A stretch of 64,000 nt of DNA from Podarcis tiliguerta. Taxonomy: Eukaryota. A program made the translations under genes and the position numbers. Numbering within the stretch: position 1 is the stretch's first letter; each line of letters opens with the position of its first letter. Positions 1 through 39,500 of this stretch are shown here, piece after piece. The notes below the pieces were generated by a model. It was not told the DNA's origin. It saw only the letters and a program-made list of their open reading frames with translations, and searched no databases. The stretch lies in NCBI GenBank assembly GCA_965153285.1, contig OZ229110.1; one strand, written 5' to 3'.

Positions 1-1366
1 TTAATTAATTAAAACTTTGGTGCTGATCAGTTTGACTGGTATTATATCTATTCATTATACTACTGATATCATTAAACAATGAATTTTTAGAAAAAAAGAT
101 AACAGAAAATGTTAGGTGTAATTTTCATTACAGAAAAGTTTCCAATGCTGAAAATATGTCATTTGAGTATGTTGCGGTTGCCATTAGACCAAGAAAACCT
201 CACCCTGAATAGGGCAAGGACTCACTCCGACGTTGTGCTAGGCCCATGGGAATGAGTTTCCTTCCTTCTGCTCAACTCAGAGCTAGTGAGCAGTTTGTCT
301 TTGCCATGCTGGCCTCAGAAGGACTTGTTCCCTCTTGGGCCAGATCTTCTCTTTGATGTTACATTGAACTTTAGAGTTGCCTAGTACTCCTTCCAGCTCA
401 TTGTGGGAACAAGGCCCACCTTTCATTCCCAGCTCTGAACTGGGTAATGCAAGTGGGGCCTCATCCTTTCAGCCATGCTGGACTGCAGAGTTCAAGCATA
501 ACTTCAAAAACATCTATCCCTTCTCCGCTTGGGAGTGTCAAGTCTTTGGTGAGTTCAGGTTTTGGCTGACCTTGCTGAAATCCTTAACTGATAGGTTCAT
601 ATACCTTTTCGTAGTTAAGGTAATACATATATGATTCTAGAAAGATCACAAAGAGAAACACAGAACTGCTTATTTTTCTGAAGTCAGGTAGACTTCACTG
701 AATCTCCTACTGCTTAACAAATGCCTTTACTGGCTATGCTAAGACATCAAACTCCCACTGAACTAAACGATAGACTTAAAAAGTAAGAAAAGGCTGTGTT
801 TTTATTTCTCAGTTTAACCTTCTCTTCAGCTGATAATGCAGCATTCCTAAAACCACACTTAGAATTCTTATCTTAATTCCAGCCAAATGGTAAACATAAA
901 TGACATAGCTATGTATCACTCTGGTAGGTAAGTCAAAACTGGCTTCCCATGTGCAGTTGAAGCAACGATGGCACTGGAAACTCCCATGTTATAAAGAGAA
1001 TTCTGCTTCATCTAGTGCACTGAAAAATGTGGTATGTCATGAGAGAAATAGTTGTCTCTGAAGCTTGCGAAATCTGATGTCATTGCGCTCTCAAAGTTCT
1101 AGTAAGTGTAAAATGAATGGAATGAAACTAAAGTGATGACTAACAATAACCACTCCTGCCTGAAACGGGAGTAGCCGAATCCTACTGTTCCTAGCTGACA
1201 TCATCAACTGATTGATGGTCTCTTTCTTGTAAAACCCTAAAATATTCAGGAATGTCCCAGGTTATAAATTGCTTTATGATCCTCTTAACAATTGTATTAG
1301 TCTCTTGAGTTGAGAAGTGGTTCATAATTCCTATTTCATTTATCCTAAGAATAGTCCTGTGAATTA

Positions 1367-2158
1367 TTATTTTTTATAATACTTTATTAATTTTCCATTT
1401 TATATTATTTAAATATAATCTTATTTTTTAACACTATTATTTGCTCATATGGGCTAATCAACTTCCCTCCCTCCCGCCTCATGGTTACCATAATTCCTTT
1501 CTATGTCATAGCATTTGTTTACATTTCATCCGTTTCTATTGCCCCATTTTAAAATATTTGTGTAAAAAGGTATACATCGGAAATTTTACAAGTCTTCTTA
1601 AGTCAGTCCTGCTAGTGTTGTTAATTGGTTGCAGTTGTCCTTCAAATATTGTATAAATTTGCCCCAGTCTTTTTGGGAAGTTTGATCGCGTTGGTTTCGG
1701 ATTTTCCTGGTCAGCTTCGCTTGCTCTGCGTATTCCATCATCTTCGTCTGCCACTCTTCAATCGGTAATTCCTGTTGCTTCCATTTTGGGGCTAGCAAAG
1801 TCCTTGCTGCCGTTGTTGCATATCTAAACAGTTTTTGGTCTTTCTTTGGAATTTCTTCAGCTACTATACCCAATAAGAATGCTTCTGGGTTTTTGACAAA
1901 TGTACTTTTGTACATTTTCTTTAACTCATTATTTATCATTTCCCAGTAAGCCTTTACTACATGTGCACCACATATGATAGAAATTCCCTTTCTTTTCTTT
2001 ACATTTCCAGCATTTCTTCTCTTTTGTCTTATATATTTTAGCAAGTTTAGTTGGTGTTAAATACCACCTATACATCATTTTCATAATATTTACTTTTAAT
2101 GCGCTACAGGCAGTAAATTTTATTCCTCCATTCCATAACCTTTCCCATGCCTCTAACA
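1367..2158 (-). mobile_element. 5'-truncated L1-clade LINE (ORF2 C-terminus plus 3' UTR)
   Basis: Zinc-knuckle CWKCKEKKGNFYHMWCTC and PEAFLLG...TAARTLLA..WK; AATAAA (minus) at 1383-1388; 17-bp TSD aatagt[c/t]ctgtgaatta at 1350-1366 and 2159-2175. Confidence 0.9.
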
Positions 2159-2399
2159 AATAGTTCTGTGAATTAAGCCATTACTTCCATTTTACAGATT
2201 ACAAACTGAGGAGGCTGTGGTCTCAAGGTCCATCAGGTGCTCCAATAGCTCAGATTTAATGCAGTTCTGGGCTGTGATAGCCATGAGGCATTTGAGAATT
2301 ATATAGGAAAATCTTACATATGATTGTAGTTTCAGTGTATAATTTAACCTTCAACGGGGTGGGGAACCTTTATAAAATAAAATGCCTTAAACCTGGCCC

Positions 2400-3165
2400 A
2401 ACAGCATATAGTTGCCCCAACGCCCATGCAGTTGTTTCAACAAAATCTGGCTGCTGCATTTTGCACTAACTGCAACTTCTAGTCAAGAATTGACACACAT
2501 AAGAGTGCATTGCAATAATCCTGTCTTGAGGTTGCACTGCATATATCACTGTAGCCATTTGTGGCATATCAGCCAAAGCTTGTAGAAAGCACTCCTAGCC
2601 ACTGAAGACACTTGGCCTTCAGCATCAGCAATCGAGAAGTACTCTTAGCCTAACAGCCTGCTTCTTCAGATGTAGTTCAACTCCATCCTGAACATGCAGT
2701 TGATCAGACCTAGGAACTATTCACACATAGGACTTCGATCTTACCAGGAGTGAGGTTTTTTTTATTCACCACTCCAGCCCACCTCTTAAGTCCAGGTACT
2801 GGCCAAGGACTTGTGCAGTAATACCTGATTCAGATGTTACAGAGAAATAGAGATGTGTGTCATCAGCATACTGATGACTCTGTGTCTGTGACCCAAATCA
2901 CCTAATGACTGCACCCAGCTGCTTCATATAGAAGTTAAATAGCATTTGGGAAAGGGGCACTGCAGCATCCTACAACACAATTTCAAAGGAGCTGAAAGGC
3001 CGTCATCCAGTGCTTACTGTCTGGAAATGATCACAGAAGTAGTGGAACCTCCTACACTGTGCCCCCAACTTGCAGAGACAATCTAGGAGGATTCCATGGT
3101 TCATGCTATTGAAAGCTGCAGCAAAAGTCAAGCAAGAGTAAGAGTAGCACTTGCTCATCCCCCTA
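2400..3165 (-). mobile_element. Degenerate L2-clade LINE RT fragment
   Basis: Minus-strand motifs AAAFNSMNHGILLD, HQYADDTHLY, KLQLVQNAAAR. Confidence 0.8.
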
Positions 3166-3168
3166 AGA

Positions 3169-3775
3169 CAGTGGTTCTTAAAGGATGTGGCGCACCACAC
3201 AGGTGTGGCCGGAGAGGATAGCAAGTGTGGTAGGAATATTCAAGGACAGTCAAAGAAACATTTAAACATTTCAGTGCAGTATAGTTAGTATTAATTTTTT
3301 TTAAAAAAAAAAAAATCTATGATCAGAAACACTATCCATGCCTCTCTTCAAGAGCATGGGCTATTATTCTACAGTTCTCCACGACATATTGTGAACAGGG
3401 ATTTACAACTCTGACAATTATGAAAGATCAGAAAAGAGAAAGGCTTCTTTGTGGTGTGGAGATGAGAGTGTTTATCTCACATTAGACCCAATATAAATGA
3501 GATTACCCAGCAAAAGCAAGCTCCCACCTCTCATTTAGTTTGTATAATACTTAAGGTACATATGTGAGAGGCTTGTTTATAATTATATTTTGAGAATGAT
3601 TCATGTTCTTATGTAGCTGCGTTCTTTTATACTTTCTGGATGTCTCATGGTCATATTATAAAGTAGTTGTGTTCTATGTGTTTTAGCACTGCTAGGAATT
3701 GTTTCTTTTTGTTTTCCAATGTATTTCTTACCAATATAAAATTCTGTGTGGCACAAACAAATTTTTATTCCAAAG
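3169..3775 (+). mobile_element. hAT (Charlie/Buster-like) deletion derivative with transposase C-terminal remnant
   Basis: Left end CAGTGGTTC after nnnTAnnn octamer CCCTAAGA; ~3331-3537 reads ILQFSTTY-CEQGFTTLTIMKDQKRERL...EMRV..IRPNINEI.QQKQA..SH (frameshifted); right end not evident. Confidence 0.7.
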
Positions 3776-5112
3776 GGGGAGGTTCCAGAGAAGCAAATTG
3801 CCAGGAGCTAAGGAACAGTTAACCATGATGTTGAACTGTTTTGGAAGAAGGTTTGGATCTGAGGTGTCTCTTGCATTTGTTCATAGAGAAGTTGTCAATT
3901 CTCCCCCATCCCTGGTGTCCCATACTGTAACCACTCTTGGTAGCCCTTTGATCATCAAGTGGATTTTTGGAGGACATGAAAGGCTGTACCAAGATTTGGG
4001 GTATGAAAAGCCACTGTGTTCATGAATCACTGTGTGTTGTTCTTTGGAACAGTGTTTAAAATTCGCCATGTGCATTTTGTACATGGCTATCAGCACTTGC
4101 AACCGAGTGAAGATGCCTAGGTTCCAGGATGGTGCCTGACGTCTCCACCCTCTGGAGGTGCATGCCTGGGGATGCTTGGATCTTGACTGTTTTCACACAC
4201 TAGCAACACATCCTGTAGAATTGTATTCATTACATTTTATCTGCACAGTCAGAATGAATGTCAGGAAGCAAAAAGTCATATTGAAAAATACCACTTTTGA
4301 ACCGACTGGCCCCAAAATGGCAACTAGGCATTCCATTTTGGCAACTGTAACTCTGGTTTGGCACCTAGCTTATATAACTGAGTTTCTAACACTGCTTTGG
4401 AGCCAATCAAAATGGGGTTCACAATATTTATAAGTGAGACCTATAACACTTAGTTGCATTTTCTAAGAGGTGGCATTGAAATTGTCATTTTACCTGTGCC
4501 AGGAAACTGATGTCTGATCCTCCAGGTTGTAGAAACTAGAACTACTTTGTAGGTGGGTAGACTCTTTTCCCCCCTTTGTGAATAAGCTTCACAGGAAATG
4601 AATAGTGGGGATATCTTTTCATGGTGGTTGGAAGACCAGTAAATCAGCTGAACTGTTAAGCAGTCCACTCTTCAAGGTTTTCTAAAGTGCACACAGCATT
4701 AGTATAAGTGAACCTGATAGTTTACACTTTTAAATTAAATCTACAATTATTATTATTTTTGCCTATCACATAAAGTGAATTTTCACCCGAGTCAGTATTA
4801 AGTGGTCTCAGATAACTGACGTAAATAGAGCAGATAGTTTACGTGCTGTTCTTTAGAGGTTTTGACATCATTACTTCTACTTACTAGGAAGCTTTAGCCA
4901 TCTGCCAACTGAGCTTGATACAGCTAGTAGGAAGATGTAGTACAGCTTTGCATATGAGTAATCATCTAATTTTCTGTTTAACAGGCTTAGGATGCTAATC
5001 ACTGTTACCTGACTTCAGTAGAAAAGAATCTGAGAAGACAGAGGAATGGCTGGTTGCGATTTCATGATTTAAGTTTTTTCTTTGCACAAGTTGCAGGCTA
5101 GCTGGCAGAGCT

Positions 5113-5126
5113 GTTGCTATGGAAAC
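5113..5126. promoter_or_regulatory. Candidate RFX X-box
   Basis: GTTGCTATGGAAAC matches the 14-bp RFX consensus; lies in repeat-free sequence upstream of the PALS1 coding exons. Confidence 0.5.
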
Positions 5127-5904
5127 AAACAGTCAGCTCCTGAGAGTGCCAATGGAATGCTAATCTGGTATAAATGAGGAGTTCCAGCTGCTGCCCAAAG
5201 GTGGGAGACATGAGAGAGGAAATGAAGGGAATTAAACCATGTTCCATTATTTCAGTATATATCTACTCAATATTGATTGGCATCTTTTTCAGGATCTATC
5301 TACTCAATGTTGGCATTTTTTTATATGAGCTTTAAAGACTGCAGTAGCAGGAAATAAAATGCTTCCATTATAGATACAAAAATTAAAGTCTTCCATTACT
5401 GTGGTCATTTCCCACCATCTACATATTTTAGATGTTTACTAGAAATTATGAAGTGACTTTGAACTCAATGTTGTTCTTCGCTAGTGCAATAATCAGGCTA
5501 TGAAGATTGGTGCAGTGGTGTGATTAATCAACATTCTTCAGTCACAGATTTAAATCCTGCTAAATTGGTGAGACTGACAACAAGCAAGGAGTTGATTTGG
5601 GACTCTTAGTGTTGTTCTCCAACTCTTTCCAACAAATTCTAAATTTGATTAAAAATAATGCTCTCTTTCGTTTTACAGAAACTGTATCGTGGTATTACTT
5701 GTTTAATTAAATTAAATTAATTGCACATCTATAATGACAACCTGCTTGTATTTGAAGACATCTTGCTCTGCTGTACAGTTGAAATCAATATGCTCAGATT
5801 CGATGTGTAAGAAAATCTTTAAAACAATTCTGAGTAGTACTTATTATATTTATATACCAACCTTCATGGAGACCACAGGGTGGCATAATAATAAAAAATA
5901 ATTT

Positions 5905-6240
5905 TTTTATTTATACCCTGACCTCCCTGGCCAGAGGGAGCTAACACCAGTAAAATTACAATAAAAACATAATGGGGGTGGGGTGGGGAGAAACCAATTT
6001 ATTAAAATATGGGTTAAAATACAATTTAAAATGCAGCCTCATTTTAATAGTAGCCCCTAGATCAAAAAAAACATAAGGGGAGGGAAACATAAGGGTCAGA
6101 CTGAGTCCAAACCAAAGGCTAGGCAGAACAGCTATGTCTTGCAGGCCCTGCAGAAAGATGTCAAGTCCCGCAGGGCTCTAGTCTCTTGTGACAGAGCGTT
6201 CCACCAGATCGGAGCCAGTACTGAAAAGGCCCTGGCCCTT
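5905..6240 (-). mobile_element. L2-like LINE 3' end
   Basis: T-rich tail at left; revcomp of typical L2 3' region (agggccttttcagt...tggtggaacgctct). Confidence 0.6.
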
Positions 6241-6254
6241 ACAACATGAAACAC

Positions 6255-7095
6255 CTTGGTCTTGCCTTGGTAATAGACTGGATGAGAGCCAACAAACAAG
6301 CTCAATCCAGATACGAATGAGGCTCAGTTAGTGGGCAGTTCTCTAGACAGGATGGATGGAAGGTTCCCTGCTCTTGATGGGGTTTCGCTCCCTCTGCAGC
6401 AGTGGGTATGTAGCTTGGGGATACTCCTGCATCCTTTGCTGTCACTTGAATCTCAGGTGGCCTCAGTGGTGCAGAGTGCCTTCCATCAGCTTCGGCTGGT
6501 GGCCTAGCTGTGCCTCTATCTGGAAAGGGATACCCTAATTTCCGTCGTCTGTGCTCTGGTTGGTTTAGAAACTTCAGCTGGTGCAGAATTTGGTGACCAG
6601 GCTGCTCACCGGTGCAAGAGGCTTCCAGCATATTACACCAATCCTGGCCCAACTACACTGACTGCTAATTAGTTTCCAGGCCCAGTGCAAAGTGCTGGTT
6701 TTGACCTATAAAGCCTTAAACAGCTCAGGTCTGCAATACCTCAAGGACCACCTCTCCCCAAATGAAGCAACCCAGACCCTGCAATCATCATCAGATGCTC
6801 TTCATGTCCCTCCTCCACTAGAGATCCAGAGGGTGGTAACATGAGAACATGGCTCCCTGGTTGTGGAATGCTCACCTTAGGGAGGCTTGCCTAGCACTTT
6901 CATTACATATCTTTAGGTGCCAGGCAAAACCTTTCTCTATAACCAGGCCTTTTGCCTGATGAAAATTCTGTGGCCTTTTAGATGTGTTTGTGAAAAGAGG
7001 GAGTTTGGTTTGATTAGCTTAGCTTAGATTAGATTATTTCTGTTCTTTTGTATTTTTATGTCATGAACTGCCCTGTGAATTTTGGATGAAGAATG
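6255..7095 (+). mobile_element. L2-clade LINE 3' fragment
   Basis: DWMRAN..KLNPD, LDGV.LPL...SLG.LL, KLQLVQN, KVLVLTYKALN motifs; ends at a (TG)n(AG)n tract ~7097-7126. Confidence 0.8.
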
Positions 7096-8724
7096 GTGTG
7101 TGTGTGAGAGAGAGAGAGAAAGAGAGTAATCCTGGGCCATTAGCTGTGCTGATGATTACTGGAGACCAACATTGTCTGGAAAGTCACAGGTTGCCTAACT
7201 GGCATAACATAAATGGAGTTTTTATAACTTTTAAATTGATCCTAATAATTTAAATTTAATTTAAATTTATCCTCCAATGTTTTTCATTTTTTACTCTAAT
7301 GAACCAATGTGATTGTAAACATTTATAAATAGACTATTTTACTTAAAATCTTTTCTGGCTTTTTTCATAGCAAAATCATGAAATATCTCCCAGTTTCTCT
7401 TGTACATTCATACTCTATAGACAAAATAGCTTGGTGACTTACTTCTGCTTGCTTACCCTTTATGAGCTAGACATTCACTTACACATATTTGAGCTTGTAA
7501 AACCTAGTAGCTGGAATGACTTCTACTGTTCCTGAGGCCAGTGTCCCTGACTGTTAGTGTGTTTTTCTCACCCACCAACTTTCTCTCGCCTGTCAATCCA
7601 CAAGGGATCTTTGCTTAAAGAATGCACTTGCAAATTAATATAGTCCTGGTTATTTATGATTCTTCAGATTTTGTAGTATTACACTTTTAATGTAATCATT
7701 CGGCTTGTAGTATAAAGTTAAACATAGCATGTTTTCTTTATTGCTAATTACTAAGACCAAGGCCAATGTACTCCTCCAGATTCTATCATTCATTTTAAGT
7801 AGATGGGAGTAAAGGGAATTAAACAGTGTAAACAGAAACTTGTTTTACTAAGTTTGAAACTTTGTCATGGTAAGTCTTTCCTTAACAGCCATCATGTGCT
7901 AATTAAATGATGATCACTCAGACCATTCAGCAATAAAGTTTAAAAAAAGTACACCTCCTGTATGTCACATAATTTGAAGTCTGTGTCCTTTGTTTTTTGC
8001 ATAAACCACAATATTCAAAATGAGATATGCCAACTGTGGATTGTGAACTAAAGTGGGAAGGAATCCTCCCAGTTTGAAGCCAGTGCAGAATAATCATTTT
8101 CTAAACTATAAGCTTTGAAGATGGGCATAATGAAACCAAAAACATTTTTAGTCGTCGTCGTTTTAACTGAACTGTTGTTCTTCTGAGTAACAAAGGCAAA
8201 TGAGAGAGGTCAGAAACTGATAATGGTGGTCTACAAAAGTACCGGTTTGCAACAGAGGCACAGTTAACCTGAAGCTAGGCAACAGAATAATCTAAAGGAC
8301 TAGCCAGGAACAGCAGAATAGGACAGGGTGGCAGATCCACAACTGCATCTAAAGTCCTACCCCTTCTACCAACCTTGGTAAAAGGTGTGGAGGAGAGGGC
8401 AGTTGTTCCTGACATTTTTTGCTGCATTAGCTCCATTAGTCATTGCCACCAGTGGGAACATTGCTGGTGGTAGCATGCACTTTTCCAAACTTTCACTGGA
8501 CATGCCAAGGTTCCTTTATTGTGATGGAGTTAGTAGCTCCCACCAGCAGGCATATCAAGGGTTAGGATTGCTGTCTTAGTTGAGGGAAGACTGTGAGCCT
8601 TGAAAACTCATAGGAGGGAAATAAGGAAGCTGTCAGTGATTCCTAAAGCAAGGACTTTTACTGATGGGAAAATCTATGTGATAAAATTAGAGTAACAAAC
8701 TTCCTGTAAATTAAATTTTCAGAA

Positions 8725-9515
8725 GCTCCACATGCGGTCGGAATGCCTCAAAATCAAATCCTTCTGGACAGCAGTCCTACAAGAAATATGCAAAATAACT
8801 AAATAGGTATTAGAACACACCCCAGAACTGGCCATAGTGAACATCTTCCAAGATAATAATGCCCACTCACATTATAAAGAGCTCATAACCCACCTTCTCT
8901 CAGCAGCCAGAAACATCATAGCCAGACACTGAGGAGACCTGTCAGGAGTAAGCATAGACCAAGGGTATCAAATAGTATGGGGGGAAAGCCTTATTAGAAA
9001 AACTAACCAATAAACTGAAACTGACACAGAGACAAATAGGAGAAGACGCCTTCACCCTGGTATGGTTCCCCTTTATCACATACATAACCCAACAAAACAA
9101 GAATCCGCTGACAGCATACAAACCATTTTGGCTAACCTGATCCAAAAATACACACACACCCCACTCGCAAACAAAAACAAATCTTACTACAGCCAACCAA
9201 AGACAACCTACCACACCTTAGGCCCCACCCCCAACCTCTCACCGCCAAAGAAATAAACAAGCAAATATTAAGAGAACCCATACAAGTGATGCTGACACAA
9301 AACCCCACACAAACACCAAGTAGAAGAATAGAAGAATTGCCACCCGACCTCACCCCACTCACCATTCCCTCCTCCCCCCTCTTTTCTTCCTATCCTCATA
9401 CTCTATGCAACACTCGCGTCTCACAACAAATGAAACTGATCTGAAATAAAATACAACTTGAAAAAGGACAATGCACATATTTTGGCAAAGAAATATTTAA
9501 CAATTATTTTTTTAA
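8725..9515 (+). mobile_element. L1-clade LINE 3' fragment
   Basis: HM.SEC.KIKSFWTAVLQEICKI...HLLSAARNIIARH with stops, followed by a long C/A-rich 3' UTR. Confidence 0.75.
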
Positions 9516-9996
9516 ATGAACGACTAATTACTAAATTATATTATGTTCTCCTTATCCAAGTACTGATTCGCCTGTGTACATAGCACATACAGCCTTGGGA
9601 ACTTTTAGGTTACCTGCTGGTTTTGAGGGTCCTTCCCTTCCTCTGCCAGTGTAGTTATCTGCATTTGTACATGTAGCAGTGTACAAATTCCCCCACAATA
9701 TGAGCAATTGGCTTTTTACCTTGAAGGGAGAATGTGGAAATCTCTGTACCCAAGTATTTCTGCTAAATTTACTGGTAGCAACTGAATGCAACTGTAACAT
9801 TAGGTGAAGTTAATTTTACTGTGTTGTTTTTATATTTTCTCAGATTTTCTTGTTGGAAATTTATTTTCATCTTGATCTGGTGACGCATATGAAGAATTGG
9901 TTCATGCTATAATGGATTTTAAGTGGTACCTTCAAGAAAATAGGCCTTATAATAGAGTTTATGTCTGACAAGTGGTACGACTTACTGCATACAACA

Positions 9997-36539
<26,543 letters not shown>

Positions 36540-39500
36540 AACAGTTACAAGGAAGAAAAGGACCTTGCCAATAGAAGAATGCTCACCCTGTATAATAGAT
36601 GATGGATTAACCTCTAGTCCTCTGTGTGCACGGATTAACTGTGTGCTTTAAAAAAAAAATACTCATACAGTCTGACACCATTCTACTGTGATTTTGAATG
36701 TCTGATCTTTCACTACCTTTTTACCAGACATTGACATTTTGAACAAGCCACTACATTTTTAATCATTTGAAAACACTTTCAAGCGGCTGCTTTAAATTTA
36801 CCTTTTCTGACTAGAGTTTTTTCTCAAGGTAAATATATGTATACAGTCCCTGATCACTATAAAAACTGATTGTTATTTAACGTTTTTAAGTTAATTATGT
36901 TGCGGACATGATGGTAGTTTGCAAAAAAAAACCTTTACAGAATATTGGATAAAGGAATATACCTACAAGGGGAATGAAGGAATTAATCTACAAGTACTCT
37001 CAAATGTATAAAGGGGCTACTTTGATTTGAAGTTGCCTTCTTGGGCTTCAAATTGTTGTTGAAACATTCCATTATCTAATCGCACTGCAATTTTTGAAGA
37101 TGTGTACATTGTAAATATTTCAAACTTTTTTGTCTTTAGTTAGTTTGTAAATCAGATTCACAGCTAATTAAATAACAGTAAGTCCTATGGAAGGTTATAT
37201 ATATATATATCTGCTGATATTTTAGATGTGGTATTTTATGAATTTTTTCCTCTTTGCTATATCAATTGATTGAGAGCCACGGTTAACACATGGGACTATA
37301 GAAGAGTTTAGATGGGAAGCTATATTTTTATGAAAATAGAAATTCTTATATGGATTTTTTTAAAGAATACTTTGCTTCCTTAAAATGTAAATTTGTCTTT
37401 TATAACCAAGGAAACAGACTTTGGGATGATGAATATTAGAATATTTTCTTGTATTTTTATACCTAGGCACAAGGTGTCTCATGGCTGTTGATCATGTAGG
37501 TAGTTATAAAGTGGAGTTTATAATATTAAGTAACCCAGTTATCATCCTGGATTTAATTGATACTGTTGTAAAACAAAACTAGTGGAAGAATGTGAATGTT
37601 ACTAAATTAGGAACCTGATGTGTTCTGTTTCTAGAACCAGCATATCCTTATATGCAATTGAAAATACCCATAAAGGTTCAAATATTACAGCTATTGCATT
37701 TATGAAACTTCTCTAATTGTAGCTGCCTTTGAAACTGATTAGCTTTGTTGCTTTGTGGCACCCTTAATGTGAATATGAATAGTTTTCTTTGTTCTCAATC
37801 ATAGCTTTTATTTTTATATACTGTCATACACTGGAACTACTTCAACATGTAGTTGAATATAACCTAATAGTTAAGAATTAGTCTTTCCATGTTCTTTCAT
37901 ATTTTTCTCTGAAGGATTAAACAGAAAATCCAAGCAGGATTGAAACTTTTTTGTGTTCATAGTTGAACATACAGTATACATTGACATATGGAGAATTGGG
38001 GAGGGGGGTAATACTATTTAAGAACTGAAATTCCTCTCTTAGTATTATGATCCACTCCCCCACCATGGGAGAAAAGAGAAATCTGGAATCAACCAACAGC
38101 TCCCCTCCTCTGCAGAGTATATGCATATGATCTTTAAGCATAGCACATTTATCAAGAGATTGTAAAATCACTCAGCAATGTGCCTCTATCCAACGAAGCC
38201 TTTGGGTAGGAAATAGAAGTGATATGGAATAATCTATGTATCACTGTCAACCTGCAAAATAGTGATTTATCTCAAATTGTCAACTTTGCTTAGAATACAA
38301 AGCAGAAAAATGAATGTTGTGTTTCTTCCTTGCTTTGCTTTGATGTGATAGTAGACAACAAAATTCAGAAACATTGGGCTAGTGCAGATATAAGGCTTCC
38401 CACCCTTTAAGCATGCATAGGGGATCAGGAATGGGCTATGGGATTATTCAGTCCTTTCCCCTTCCTTTTTCTCGCACAAATCCCCTTCCCTCCCTTGTCT
38501 TAACTATGCTTTGCTATGTCTACACTACTGTTAAACCATGGTGAAGCTTGATCACTGGCATTCAGAATCAGTATTTGAAGTGGTTTACAAATCCTATCTT
38601 ACAAGACTTAACAAATGTTCAGGATTGTGCAGAGATGAAGGTTCATGGTTAAGGATGGTAGAATCCGCACACAAAGAGAAGGCTAGGGAGAGCGCACACA
38701 GTGCCATGGCCTGCTCCCACTTCTTTAACTATGGTTAAGGAATGGAAAGTGTTTCATCTGCATTGTATAGTCTGTGCATTACCCAGATGTATGTATTTTT
38801 CATCATCTTAAGGGTTATGGTGCTGATGTCCATGAGGTCTAAATTTAATTACTTTTACAGCCATGTGAAATATTTCTATCAGTATCTTAGGTTTAAATGT
38901 TAAGAAAATGCTGATGTAATCCATGATGCATTCTAGGACAGTATATGAAATACTGGTTTTGGCATACTATACTGGTTAAGAGTGATGTATTAACAGTAAA
39001 ATCCCCTTTGTTTCTCCTATCCCCCTTCTGAATTTCTAAGATGATTAAGAAATTAATTGGACATAGTCTTCTAAATGCAGAAATTACTATATATATTAAA
39101 TGTGCCTGCCACCTGCTGTCCTTTGAGATAAGAGTGGTGGCCTAAAAATCCACACTAAGCTCTGGCTATAGAAATGCAACTGTGGCAAACAATAATTAAG
39201 AGGGCTTTCAGAAATCATCCAATATAACTAAATTGATATCTGTCAATTACTCTACTACTGAAATTTGGAAAAGGATGTTCCACAATATTGTAATTACAGA
39301 AAAATGGGCATATCTGTTTGGATGAGGGAAGAAAATTCTAAACTTCATTCAGAGGATACAATATTGTGTATTATAATGAGCTTTGCAACAAGTGCTGTTC
39401 TATTCTAAGCTAGTTAAATAGGGGAAAATATTTGATTAACCAAGTGAAAGATATGCCTTGTAAACAAACCATGACTGTAATGATATTTCTTTAAAAATGG

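Noticed and set aside
180-600. GC-richer block with 85-aa ORF
   Set aside because: Probably an old repeat, but no diagnostic motif found.
3780-4160. Possible mariner transposase remnant on minus (MANFKHCSKEQHTVI)
   Set aside because: Resemblance is weak and I could not define TIRs or a TA TSD.
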